The notes under the pieces are model-generated. The model saw only the letters and a list, made by a program, of their open reading frames with translations, was not told the DNA's origin and made no database searches. 64,000 nucleotides of DNA, from NCBI GenBank assembly GCA_963727445.1, contig CAVSGI010000001.1, forward strand, positions 18,227 through 82,226, given 5' to 3'. Positions within the stretch are counted from its first letter, which is position 1, and each line of letters opens with the position of its first letter. The DNA comes from an uncultured delta proteobacterium. Its GTDB lineage: Bacteria > Myxococcota_A > Polyangia > Polyangiales > B10-G4. This document shows positions 1 through 9,602 of this stretch, in pieces. The position numbers and the translations under genes are program-made.

Positions 1-1282
1 CGGAGCCGAGGAGCGGGACCCGCTGCGCACGAGCGCGAAGATCCTCGTCGAGGCCGGCGCGGCGAGCCCCGAGGAGCTGCGCCTCTTCTACGAGCGCATC
101 CGCGCGGAGGTCGGCGAGACCGCGCGCTCGGTGGCGGCGAGCGTGGGGCTCGGGAGCCGCGACGAGGTCAAAGAGCACCTGAGCGCCGCGGAGGAGGAGT
201 GGGACCTCTCGGGAAGGCCCGCCCGGCCCGCCATCCGCCGCACCTTCCTCGGCAACAAGCTCCCCGAAGAGCGCGGCGGCCTCACCCTCGCGGAGAGCCT
301 CAACGCCGCCCTCGGCGACATCCTGGCGCGCCACCCCGAAGCGTTGATCCTCGGCGAGGACGTGGGCAAGAAGGGCGGCGTCTACGGCGTCACGCGCGGC
401 CTTCAGAAGCGCGCGGGCGCGGCGCGCGTCTTCGACAGCATCCTCGACGAGCAGTCCATCCTCGGCGTCGCCCTCGGCGCCGGCCTGGCGGGCTACCTGC
501 CCATCGCCGAGATCCAGTACCTCGCGTATCTGCACAACGCCATCGACCAGCTCCGCGGCGAAGCGGCGACGCTCTCCTTCTTTTCGAAGGGTGCGTACAC
601 GAACCCGCTGGTGCTGCGCGTCGCTGGCTACGCCTATCAGAAGGGCTTCGGCGGACACTTCCACAACGACAACGCCATCGCCTCACTCCGCGACATCCCC
701 GGCCTGATCCTCGCGTCCCCCTCGAGGCCGGACGACGCGGCAGGGATGCTGCGCGCGTCGGTCGCGGCCGCACGCACCGGCGCGGTGGTGGTCTTCCTCG
801 AGCCCATCGCGCGCTATCACACGCGCGATCTGTACGAGGAGGGCGACGGCGGGTGGCTCGCGCCCTACGACCCGACGTCCATCGTTCCCCCCGGGAGCGC
901 GCGTGTGCACGGCGACGGGACGGACCTCTTGCTGGTGACCTTCGCCAACGGGCTCTTCATGAGCCTGCGTGCGGCCCGCCGTCTCGCCGAAGAAGGGGTG
1001 AAGGCGCGCGTCCTCGACCTCCGCTGGCTCGCCCCGCTGCCGGTCGCGGATCTGCTGCGCGAAGCGGAGGCGGTCGGCAGGGTGCTCGTGGTGGACGAGA
1101 CGCGACAGAGCGGCGGCGTCTCGGAGGGCGTGATCAGCGCGCTCGTGGACGCGGGCTTCGCGGGGCCCCTGAAGCGGGTCACCAGCGATGACAGCTTCGT
1201 CCCTCTCGGCCCGGCGGCCGACTACGTGCTTCTGGGGGAAGACGAGATCGCAGCGGCCGCGCGCGCCCTCGTTTCGGGTTGA
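1..1282 (+). CDS. 2-oxoacid dehydrogenase E1, fused alpha/beta type (5'-truncated by window edge)
   Basis: E1-beta/transketolase motifs GEDVGKKGGVYGVT, EIQYLAY, GGHFHN, VFLEP, VLDLRWLAPL, VVDE; the frame is open upstream of the ORF-track start at 131. Confidence 0.88.
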   Translation, partial: GAEERDPLRTSAKILVEAGAASPEELRLFYERIRAEVGETARSVAASVGLGSRDEVKEHLSAAEEEWDLSGRPARPAIRRTFLGNKLPEERGGLTLAESLNAALGDILARHPEALILGEDVGKKGGVYGVTRGLQKRAGAARVFDSILDEQSILGVALGAGLAGYLPIAEIQYLAYLHNAIDQLRGEAATLSFFSKGAYTNPLVLRVAGYAYQKGFGGHFHNDNAIASLRDIPGLILASPSRPDDAAGMLRASVAAARTGAVVVFLEPIARYHTRDLYEEGDGGWLAPYDPTSIVPPGSARVHGDGTDLLLVTFANGLFMSLRAARRLAEEGVKARVLDLRWLAPLPVADLLREAEAVGRVLVVDETRQSGGVSEGVISALVDAGFAGPLKRVTSDDSFVPLGPAADYVLLGEDEIAAAARALVSG

Positions 1283-1315
1283 AAGCCCGCCGATTGGGGT
1301 TAGCTTCCGGCGACC

Positions 1316-1759
1316 ATGACTCTCAAGGCACGCATCCTCGAAGACCTCAAGAAGGCGATGCTCGCGAAGGACGAGCTGACGCGGGACACCCTCCGCATGG
1401 TCAAGGCCGACCTCATGAACAAGGAGGTCGAGACCGGCCGCGACGCCACCGACGAGGACACCCTCGGCGTGCTCGCGCGCGCGGTGAAGACGCGCGAGGA
1501 CTCGGTGACGCAGTACGACGAAGGCGGCCGCCCGGACGCTGCCGACAAGGAGCGACAGGAGATCGCCGTGATCCAGCGCTACCTGCCGAAGAAGCTCGGC
1601 GAGGCAGAGGTTCAGAGCGAGATCGAGGCGATCGTCTCCGAGCTCGGCCTCAGCGGCAAGAAGGACATGGGCAAAGTGATGAAGGAGCTCAAGTCCCGCC
1701 ACGGCGCCGCGATCGACGGGCGAACCGCCTCGAAGCTGGCGGCAGAGATCCTGGGATAG
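1316..1759 (+). CDS. GatB/YqeY domain protein
   Basis: 147 aa; LKARILEDLKKAM..KDEL..LRM, YLPKKL, KDMGKVM are typical of YqeY. Confidence 0.9.
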   Translation: MTLKARILEDLKKAMLAKDELTRDTLRMVKADLMNKEVETGRDATDEDTLGVLARAVKTREDSVTQYDEGGRPDAADKERQEIAVIQRYLPKKLGEAEVQSEIEAIVSELGLSGKKDMGKVMKELKSRHGAAIDGRTASKLAAEILG

Positions 1760-1953
1760 TCTGCGCGCTCGCTACGCCCTACCGGCGTGGACGCGGAAGC
1801 CCGCGAGAGCGAACGCGAAGAAGAGCCCGAGAGCGAGCTCATCACATCGCTCTTTGGCGTCACCCCTCACGGGTGACACTATCCGGAGACCGTTGACGGC
1901 GACGATCTCGCTCGTGCAAACCTAGACCATGGGTCTGCGCAAGAATCGTTCGC

Positions 1954-1988
<35 letters not shown>

Positions 1989-2062
1989 GGAACAAGGCTG
2001 GCAGACCCAAACGATGGCAGACGAGGGTTTGTTGGAGCGGCGGCATACCCATCTTCGGGTGG

Positions 2063-3502
2063 ATGATCCTGCTCGTGGTGTCGGCATGCGTCCCAGATGG
2101 CCCCGGCCAGGGCTCGACCAGCGGACTTCACGACGACGGGGGCACGCGAGAAGCGCATGGACCCGGACTTCCCCATTGCATCAATGACGGACCGCTCGGT
2201 CGTCAGGCGATCCCTCGTCGCGTCGTCGTCAACCATGGGCGGGACCATGCCCGGTACGACCTCCCGCCTCGTGGCCCCTTGTCCATCGAGATGGTCGTCA
2301 CCGGAATCATGGACCTGGACGTCGAGGGGCCCTCGGCGGATCACCCTGACGAGGTCGAAGCGACGTTGAACATCGTCGGTCACGGACGCGCGGTCCTCGG
2401 CGCGGGCTCCGACGGCACGCTCACGTATGCCACCTGGCGCGGTCGCGCTCTCGACTTGAGTCGACCGAGCACCCATTACGCCGACGGAACGCCGATCGAT
2501 GCGCCCCGCGCGGTCACGCTCGCATCGGACCTCCAGGAACGATTCGATTCGCTCGGACAGGAGCTGGCCGCGAGTCTTCGGGGATGCCTCGGCGACCCGC
2601 CCGAGGATCCGCCTTCGTGCCCCACCAACGGACAAGCAGCACAAGTCGCGGGGTTCGACGTCGGGGGAGCTTCGTGCGCCGGTTGTTGGGGCGCTGCCCT
2701 CACTGAGCTCACTCACTGCTTGTTGGGTGTCGCCGAAGGCTGTGCCGCCTGTGCAGGTGCCGGGCTCTTTGCCGGCCTGTGTGAGGTGATCTGTCTGGTG
2801 GTGGGCTTCCTCGCCTGCATCGCCTTGTACATCTTCTCGATCATTGAATGCCAGAACAGCGAGGCCTGCTGCCCTGAACGGTGCGATGACAACATGGACT
2901 TCATCAACCCCACCCCCCACTGCTGCCATCGGGACTCGACGTGCGTCGATCCCACTCGCGGCCTTTGCTGCGATCACAGCTGCGGCGGCGGCACCTGCTG
3001 CCCGGTGGGCAATACCTGTGCGAGCGACCCGAATCTAGCCGGAAGCCTCGCCTGCGATTCCGCGACGGTGTGCTGTCCCACAGCGAATGCGTGTGGGGAC
3101 AGCTGCTGCGCTGAAGCGAACATGTGCGCCGACCAGCTCAACGGACCGTGTTGCGAGGGAACTCGGGGCAACCCCGGCGGTCCCTGCCCCGGCTCTCCGG
3201 GCGACGACTCCACCCCCGCCAACTGCTGCAACCCTGACCAAAGCTGCGCCGACTTCGGCGTGTGCTGTAAGGCGGGTACGCAGTGTGAGATGCGGGGAAC
3301 CTGCTGTCCTGACGGCTACCAGTGTGCGACCCCAGATGGGGGATGCTGCCCCGCTGGGACGCACTTCTGTCCCGACTGCTTCCCGAACGGAGCGTGCTTC
3401 GAAGGCGACTGCCCGACATCGGAAACTGGTGAGCCGGTGTTCTGCCTCGAGCGAGGAGGCGTCGAACCGGTGCCCTCCATGCCTCCGGCGGACGGCCCAT
3501 GA
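2063..3502 (+). CDS. Cys-rich putative lipoprotein (gene A); true N-terminus may lie upstream
   Basis: LLVVSAC lipobox-like motif; hydrophobic Cys-rich segment, then many CC/CP repeats; stop overlaps the next ATG (ATGA). Confidence 0.7.
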   Translation: MILLVVSACVPDGPGQGSTSGLHDDGGTREAHGPGLPHCINDGPLGRQAIPRRVVVNHGRDHARYDLPPRGPLSIEMVVTGIMDLDVEGPSADHPDEVEATLNIVGHGRAVLGAGSDGTLTYATWRGRALDLSRPSTHYADGTPIDAPRAVTLASDLQERFDSLGQELAASLRGCLGDPPEDPPSCPTNGQAAQVAGFDVGGASCAGCWGAALTELTHCLLGVAEGCAACAGAGLFAGLCEVICLVVGFLACIALYIFSIIECQNSEACCPERCDDNMDFINPTPHCCHRDSTCVDPTRGLCCDHSCGGGTCCPVGNTCASDPNLAGSLACDSATVCCPTANACGDSCCAEANMCADQLNGPCCEGTRGNPGGPCPGSPGDDSTPANCCNPDQSCADFGVCCKAGTQCEMRGTCCPDGYQCATPDGGCCPAGTHFCPDCFPNGACFEGDCPTSETGEPVFCLERGGVEPVPSMPPADGP

Positions 3503-4182
3503 AAACGCGATGGCTCTGTCTTCATATCATCGCCGCCTTGGCTACGGGTTGTGGCGGAGATGACACGGGTCCGTTTGATTCCGCCGTTGACAGCGTCGCT
3601 GCCGATGACATGTCGGTGGGCGATGCGCTTCGGGATGGCACCGCTGGGGATGCCGGTTCCGATGGTAGTGGCGTGACCTGCGAAATCGCTCCCACCGTCG
3701 ACACCTCGTGGTTCGGCGGTTCACTGCTCTACTGTGGATTCGGGACCGAAGCGTGCGGAGCGACCGCGACCCCGACCGGGCCGTGCCTCTGCACGCAGGA
3801 ATGGTCGTCCCCGTCGACGGGCTCGCGCTGCGGTGGCGCCGTCGTCTCTCCGGATGGCTCCCACACGTATCTCGCGTCATGTGACCCCCAAAGCGGTACT
3901 TGCCGATGCTCGTTCGACGGTGACGAATGCTACTGCCGAGCGAAGCCCGCCCGCCCATGCAGCGACCTCTGCCAATCGGGTTCGAGGGGATGCCTCTGCG
4001 GCACGCTTCCGGATGGCACTCCCTCCAACCGATGCATAGACATGTGCCAAGACGTGCCCGGCCTGGTGGAGTGCTGCGCAGATCCCGATGCCTCAGGAGC
4101 CTGTTTCTGTGATGGCGAACCCCGCTCCGACATCTGCGAGCGCAGCCTGAACTGCTGCTGGACAGGAGGGAACGAAATCTGA
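3499..4182 (+). CDS. Cys-rich lipoprotein (gene B)
   Basis: MKTRWLCLHIIAALATGC signal/lipobox, D/G linker, Cys-rich domain; paralog at 5289-5905. Confidence 0.8.
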   Translation: MKTRWLCLHIIAALATGCGGDDTGPFDSAVDSVAADDMSVGDALRDGTAGDAGSDGSGVTCEIAPTVDTSWFGGSLLYCGFGTEACGATATPTGPCLCTQEWSSPSTGSRCGGAVVSPDGSHTYLASCDPQSGTCRCSFDGDECYCRAKPARPCSDLCQSGSRGCLCGTLPDGTPSNRCIDMCQDVPGLVECCADPDASGACFCDGEPRSDICERSLNCCWTGGNEI

Positions 4183-4209
4183 TGGGGGGCGCTGGGCTCG
4201 ACTGGCAGC

Positions 4210-4306
4210 GCTGCAACCCTGACCAAAGCTGCGCCGACTTCCGTTTTGTCTCGACCGCGGAGGTGTCGATCCCGTCCCCTCCATGCCTCCAGCGGATGGC
4301 GCGTGA
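4210..4306 (+). pseudogene. Internally deleted remnant of the 3' end of gene A
   Basis: gctgcaaccctgaccaaagctgcgccgactt matches ~3225-3255; the next stretch matches ~3439-3502 (FCLDRGGVDPVPSMPPADG vs FCLERGGVEPVPSMPPADG). Confidence 0.8.
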
Positions 4307-4310
4307 AAAC

Positions 4311-5288
4311 CCTCTGTGCCAACGTGACGTGAGACAGCTTCCATCAGGTAAATAGTGAGGGTGGAGGAGATGACGTCAGCATGGATCAACACGTTCACGG
4401 ATCGGTACAGGGCTCGCCAGGGCCGCGTCTAGGTCACGGCGCTTCATCGACACCTCGCCGGCGCAGATCTGGGCGACGATGGTCGACGAGGGCGTGTACG
4501 TCGCGTCGATGCGCACGATGTACCGTGTCCTGGGCGGCCAGGGCGAAGTCCGGGAGCGTCGCGACCAACGCCGTCATCCTCCAGCGATGACGCCAGACGG
4601 TCCGAACCAAGCCTGGAGCTGGGACATCACGAAGCTCCGGGGACTACGCCCGTACGAGGCCTTCTACCTGTACGTGATCCTCGACATCTTCAGTCGCTTC
4701 GTCGTGGCGTGGATGCTCGCGAAGCACGAGCGGGCGACGTACGCGACGAATCTCATCGAGCGAGCCTGCGAGGCGGAGGGGATCGAACCGGGGCAGCTGG
4801 TCCTTCACTCCGATCGCGGCTCGCCGATGACCGCGAAGCCCGCGGTCGCGCTCATGGGTCAGCTCGGCATCGACCCGAGCTACAGTCGGCCGCGAACGCC
4901 GAACGACAACCCGTACAGTGAGTCGCACTTCAAGACCTTGAAGTACCGGCCCGAGTACCCGGGCAGATTCGGCTCGTACGAGGACGCTCACGCGTACTGC
5001 TGCGACCTGTTCCCCTGGTACAACCACGAGCATCGGCACTCCGCGCTCTGCTGGCTCACGCCCGCTGCCGTCCATCACGGCCGCGCCGATGCCATCCTCG
5101 ACGCGCGGCAGCGCACCATGCTCGAGGCCTACGATGCGCATCCTGAGCGCTTCGTCCACGGCCCCCCGCGGGTCCGCCGCCTCCCCGAAGAGGTGTGGAT
5201 CAACCAGCCGACATCGGCGATTCAGATCGAAGGATCAGCTCACTGAAATTCATGAAACGAGCTGTCTCAAATTCGTTGACACCTTCCG
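4311..5288 (+). mobile_element. IS3-family element, internally deleted (~980 bp)
   Basis: Imperfect subterminal IRs gtgccaacg..tgagacagct (4316-4339) and agctgtctca..cgttgacac (5260-5282); AAAC duplicated at 4307-4310 and 5289-5292; contains a DDE integrase core. Confidence 0.82.
4479..5246 (+). CDS. IS3-family transposase OrfB (rve integrase core), N-truncated
   Basis: GPNQAWSWDIT, ILDIFSRFVVAW, LHSDRGS, NDNPYSESHFKTLK, WYNHEHRHSAL. Confidence 0.9.
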   Translation: MVDEGVYVASMRTMYRVLGGQGEVRERRDQRRHPPAMTPDGPNQAWSWDITKLRGLRPYEAFYLYVILDIFSRFVVAWMLAKHERATYATNLIERACEAEGIEPGQLVLHSDRGSPMTAKPAVALMGQLGIDPSYSRPRTPNDNPYSESHFKTLKYRPEYPGRFGSYEDAHAYCCDLFPWYNHEHRHSALCWLTPAAVHHGRADAILDARQRTMLEAYDAHPERFVHGPPRVRRLPEEVWINQPTSAIQIEGSAH

Positions 5289-5905
5289 AAACGCGAGTGT
5301 TGTGCCTGCATCTCCTCGCCGCATTGGCTACCGCTTGCGGCGGAGATGACACGTCGGCTCTCGATAGCAGGACCGGCGACACGACACCCGACGCGGGCAG
5401 CGGCGCCTGCGACACGATTCCCGAGGTCGATACGACTTGGTCCGGCGGTTCACTCCTCTACTGCGGATACGGAACCGCCTCGTGTGGAGCAACCGCAACA
5501 CCGGATGGCCCATGCTTGTGTACACAGGAATGGTCGACGCCATACTCCGGACCACATTGCGGCGGAGCCGTGGTCTCCCCCGATGGCGGCCACACGTACC
5601 AAGCATGGTGCAATCCGCGAACCGGCGTGTGCCGCTGCGCCTTCGATGGCGACGAATGCTACTGCCAGGCACGGCCCGCCCGCGCCTGCAGCGATCTCTG
5701 CTCGAGCGACATACGCGGATGCATGTGTGGTGCGTTTCCCGACGGAACGCCTAGAAGCGTGTGTGTTGACACGTGTGGCGATCCCGAGCTCGGGCAGTGC
5801 TGCCTCGACTCCGACTCACCCAATGTCTGCAATTGCTGGGAACCCCGCTCCGACGTCTGCGAGCGCAGCCTGAACTGCTGCTGGACGGGCGGGAACGCAA
5901 TCTGA
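5252..5905 (+). CDS. Paralog of gene B (B'); native start GTG4303 is cut off by the IS, and an in-frame ATG lies in the IS end
   Basis: TRVLCLHLLAALATACGGDD...CERSLNCCWTGGNAI is colinear with gene B. Confidence 0.75.
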   Translation: MKRAVSNSLTPSETRVLCLHLLAALATACGGDDTSALDSRTGDTTPDAGSGACDTIPEVDTTWSGGSLLYCGYGTASCGATATPDGPCLCTQEWSTPYSGPHCGGAVVSPDGGHTYQAWCNPRTGVCRCAFDGDECYCQARPARACSDLCSSDIRGCMCGAFPDGTPRSVCVDTCGDPELGQCCLDSDSPNVCNCWEPRSDVCERSLNCCWTGGNAI

Positions 5906-5998
5906 GACTGCTCGAAACCATGAGCGGCTCTCTGAAGCGGCCCGGAATTAGCGGCGGGCGCGCGTGCCGGCGCCCCGGATCCGGGGTAGGTTCCCGCG

Positions 5999-6841
5999 GT
6001 GCGCCTGTCCGCTCTCGCTCTGGTCGTGGTGGCGCTCGCCCCGGCGAGCGGGGCGCTCGCGTCGGATTTCTGGGACGAGGTGAAGAGCCCCGGCCTGAGG
6101 AGCTACCGGCGTCACCTGGCGGAAGGCCGTGCTGCGGCTGCCGCCGGCCGCTTCGAGGATGCGCTGAGCGAATCCGCGGTGGCCATCGAGATCATCGAAG
6201 AGCGCCCGGACGCATGGATCCTCCGTGGGCGCGCCCTCGGTGAGCTCGGCCGTCTCGACGCGGCGACCGAAGCCTTCGCCCGCGCTCTCGCGATCGACGA
6301 CGACGCCCTGTCCACGCCCGAGGAGGGCCGTCACGCAGCTCAGCTCCTCGCGGCGGGTGGGCGCTACGATCTCGCGGCGCGCGTCCTGCCGCGCCTCCTC
6401 GGACACATGCAGGCGTCGAGCGCGCGCACCGAGCTCTATGCGCTCTATGGAGACGTGCTCTCCGCGCTCGGCCCGGAGCGACTGGGGGACGCGATCGCCG
6501 CCTATCGCGAGGCCGTGCGCCAGACGGGCCGCCACGATCCGCGGGCGGCCCTGGGGCTCGCGCTCTGTCTTCGCCGGGCGGATCGCGCGGCCGAGGCGCG
6601 CGACATCGCGCGCGGCGTGACGACCCGGGGGCACATCGACGGTCTGCTCCACGCGCTGCCGCTCCCCGAATCGGAGCGCGCGGCGCGGCGCGCGGTGGCG
6701 CTCATGGCCATCGGTGATCGCGAAGGCGCCAAGCAGGCCTGGCGCGACGCATCCGCGGGAGAGTTCTTCGCGGACGAAGCGCGCGCCGAGCTCGCGGCCC
6801 TCGGAGGCCCCACGCGCCCGTCGCGGGAGGACGCAGAATGA
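5999..6841 (+). CDS. Secreted TPR protein
   Basis: Signal peptide; repeated AW..RG..LG..GR...A...F..AL helices. Confidence 0.75.
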   Translation: MRLSALALVVVALAPASGALASDFWDEVKSPGLRSYRRHLAEGRAAAAAGRFEDALSESAVAIEIIEERPDAWILRGRALGELGRLDAATEAFARALAIDDDALSTPEEGRHAAQLLAAGGRYDLAARVLPRLLGHMQASSARTELYALYGDVLSALGPERLGDAIAAYREAVRQTGRHDPRAALGLALCLRRADRAAEARDIARGVTTRGHIDGLLHALPLPESERAARRAVALMAIGDREGAKQAWRDASAGEFFADEARAELAALGGPTRPSREDAE

Positions 6842-7806
6842 AGCGTGCGCTGGCGCTCGCTTTCGTGGCGATCCTCGCGAGCCTCTTGCCTGTCCGCGAC
6901 GCGCGCGCGCAGGAGGTCGACCCCGGCTTCTGGCGCTCGGTGCGCGAGCCCGGATACGGGCGCGCGATGCATCTGGCGCAGCAGGGCATGTACATCCTCG
7001 AGGTGCACGCGCAGCGGCTTCGCGATGGCACCGCAGGGCCGCACGAGCTCAACGCCATCCTCGAGAGCGCCATCGAGCGCTTCGATCTCGCGCACCGCCT
7101 GGCACCGAACGACCCGGTGATCCTCTATCTGCACGCGAGCGCGCTGTCTCAGTGGACCTCGCCCGATGGTGATCACGGAAAGACGCCGATGGACGACGAC
7201 GCGCTCGCGATCTTCGAAGAGCTGCGCGAGCTCGACCCCACCTTCCTCGCGGACCGCGTGGCATTCACCGTCGGCATCATCTACACCCGGGCGCACCGCT
7301 TCGCCGAGGCCGCCGACGAATACCGCGTCGCCATCTCGCGTGCGATCGAGTCCGACTCGACCCACTGGTCGAACCTCGCCGAGGTGACCATGCTCGCGGG
7401 CGACGTCGAGGAGGCGGTGCGCCTCTTCGAGCGCTCCATCGAGATCGCAGACGCCATCGGTCAGTCGCGGGACCTCGCCCTCTGGGGGCTCGCCGTGGCG
7501 CTCGATCGCGTGGGCGAGCACCGCCGCGCACTCGAGGTCGCCGACGACGCGCTCACCAACGACCCCGACGAGCCGATGGCAGCCCTGCGGAGCGAGGGCG
7601 TGTTCTACGAGCCCCCTCACGAGATCTACTGGTATGAAGGCCTCGGCCACGCCGCGCTGGCCCGCCGCGCCGAGACCGCGGAGAGCCGGGCGCTGCATGA
7701 AGCCCAGTCCCGCCAGTCCTTCCGGCGCTATCTCGCGGAGGGCGGCGATGCCTCGCCCTGGGCGGCGCTGGCCCAGCGCCACGCCGACGGGCTGATCGCT
7801 CGCTGA
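6838..7806 (+). CDS. Secreted TPR protein
   Basis: Signal peptide; TPR motifs (SNLAEVTMLAGDVEEAVRLFERSIE); ATGA coupling to the upstream gene. Confidence 0.78.
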   Translation: MKRALALAFVAILASLLPVRDARAQEVDPGFWRSVREPGYGRAMHLAQQGMYILEVHAQRLRDGTAGPHELNAILESAIERFDLAHRLAPNDPVILYLHASALSQWTSPDGDHGKTPMDDDALAIFEELRELDPTFLADRVAFTVGIIYTRAHRFAEAADEYRVAISRAIESDSTHWSNLAEVTMLAGDVEEAVRLFERSIEIADAIGQSRDLALWGLAVALDRVGEHRRALEVADDALTNDPDEPMAALRSEGVFYEPPHEIYWYEGLGHAALARRAETAESRALHEAQSRQSFRRYLAEGGDASPWAALAQRHADGLIAR

Positions 7807-7845
7807 TTTCTGGACGGATCCGAGCCGGTCGGGCATGGACGAGAG

Positions 7846-8505
7846 ATGCGCCGCGCTCTCCGCGCCAGCAGGCTCGTCGCCTCGGTGGTCGCCACCTTCA
7901 TCTATCTCGCCTTCGAGGAAGCGGTGCGGGCCTCCCAGGAGCGCGCCGCCGAAGCCAGAACCGCCCTCGACCAGCCCCGCGCCGACGCGACGAATACCCT
8001 GTCGGTGCACGATCGCCCCACCCTGCCCGGCACGGTGGAGGCGCCGATCCGAGACCTGGTGGCGATGTCGCCGGTGATCCGCGTGATCGAGCCCGCCGCT
8101 GCGCCTCCCCGCCCCGCGGTGCTCTTCGAGGCCCCCGATGCCCGGGAGCGCGAAGAGCGCGCGCCCGACGTGGCCACGCTGCTGTCGACGCTGCGCCGCG
8201 ACGTCGGCTGCACGACGAAGGCGAACGCCACGCACGAGGCGTGTCGCGCCGCGGAGACCCTCGGCGACCTCCTGGACCGCGACGCGGTGCTCGAGGCGCT
8301 CGAAGAGACCGTCACCGCGGCGCGCCGTCCGGATTGTGTGCGGCGCGCCTCGGCACGCGCCCTCGGACGATCGTCCCGCGCCGCGGCCCGGAGCGCGCTC
8401 CTGCGCATGCTCGCCGTCGCCAGGGGCCGCGCCGAGTGGAGCGGCAGCCGGACGGAGAAGGATCTGGTCGCGCTCCTCCTCCGCACCCTCGACGCCGCGG
8501 CCTGA
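7846..8505 (+). CDS. Hypothetical protein, possible C-terminal HEAT-like repeat
   Basis: RAAETLGDL and VRRASARALG motifs; co-oriented with neighbours. Confidence 0.5.
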   Translation: MRRALRASRLVASVVATFIYLAFEEAVRASQERAAEARTALDQPRADATNTLSVHDRPTLPGTVEAPIRDLVAMSPVIRVIEPAAAPPRPAVLFEAPDAREREERAPDVATLLSTLRRDVGCTTKANATHEACRAAETLGDLLDRDAVLEALEETVTAARRPDCVRRASARALGRSSRAAARSALLRMLAVARGRAEWSGSRTEKDLVALLLRTLDAAA

Positions 8506-8552
8506 GCGCCCGATAATCCGCGCGCGGGGCGGAAGCGAGCCGAGGAGGGCCG

Positions 8553-9563
8553 GTGAGAGCGTGGAAAATCGAAGGGAGCTTCGGCGTCGAGAACCTGAAG
8601 CTTCACGAGGAAGAAGACGAGGCGCCGCAGCACGGGCAGGTGCGCCTGTCGATGCGCGCCTGGTCGCTGAACTATCGCGACCTCCTGATGGTCCGGGGCG
8701 AGTACGACCCGCGCCTTCCGCTGCCGCACGTGCCCCTCTCCGACGGCGTCGGCGTGGTGGAGGCGGTGGGCTCGGGCGTGAGCCGGGTGGCCGAGGGCGA
8801 CCGGGTGCTGCCGATCTTCGCGCAGAAGTGGTTCAGCGGCACGCCCACCAAGCGTGAGCTCATGTCGGCGCTCGGCGGCTCCATCCCCGGCACGCTCCGC
8901 GAATCCATGATCGTCTCCGAGGAGGCGGTGGTGAAGGCGCCCGCGCACCTGAGCGACGCCGAAGCGGCGACGCTGCCCTGCGCGGCGCTCACCGCGTGGA
9001 GCGCGCTGGTCGAACAGGGCGAGCTCAAGGCTGGCGAGACGGTGCTCATTCAGGGCACGGGCGGGGTCAGCATCTTCGCGCTCCAGATCGCGAAGATGTG
9101 CGGCGCGCGCACCATCGTCACCTCGAGCAGCGAGGAGAAACGCCAGAAGGCGAAGGCGCTGGGCGCGGACGAGACGATCGATTACCGCGCCGACCAGAGC
9201 TGGGGACGCACCGCCAAGGCGATGAGCGGCGGCGAAGGCGTCGACCACGTGATCGAGGTGGGCGGCGCGCGAACCATCGAGCAGTCCGTGCGCGCCGTGA
9301 AGCCGGGCGGCCAGATCTCCGTCATCGGCAACCTCTCCGGCAACACCGCCGAGGTGAACCTGGTCTCGATCCTGATGCGCAACGTGCGCGTCCAGGGGGT
9401 CTTCGTCGGCCACCGCGATGGCCTCACCCGCATGTGCCGCGCCTTCTCTCAGCACACCCTTCGGCCGGTCGTGGACCGCACCTTCCCCTTCGAGCAAGCG
9501 CCCGCCGCATTCGAGCACCTGGCGAGCGCCGCCCACTTCGGCAAGATCGCCATCGCGCGTTGA
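8553..9563 (+). CDS. NAD(P)-dependent MDR-family oxidoreductase (alcohol dehydrogenase-like)
   Basis: SLNYRDL, PLSDGVG, AATLPCAALTAW, QGTGGVS, HFGKIAI. Confidence 0.92.
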   Translation: MRAWKIEGSFGVENLKLHEEEDEAPQHGQVRLSMRAWSLNYRDLLMVRGEYDPRLPLPHVPLSDGVGVVEAVGSGVSRVAEGDRVLPIFAQKWFSGTPTKRELMSALGGSIPGTLRESMIVSEEAVVKAPAHLSDAEAATLPCAALTAWSALVEQGELKAGETVLIQGTGGVSIFALQIAKMCGARTIVTSSSEEKRQKAKALGADETIDYRADQSWGRTAKAMSGGEGVDHVIEVGGARTIEQSVRAVKPGGQISVIGNLSGNTAEVNLVSILMRNVRVQGVFVGHRDGLTRMCRAFSQHTLRPVVDRTFPFEQAPAAFEHLASAAHFGKIAIAR

Positions 9564-9602
9564 TCGAGGTGGTGGGACGGTCGTAGGCTCCCGCTCCTGA
9601 GC

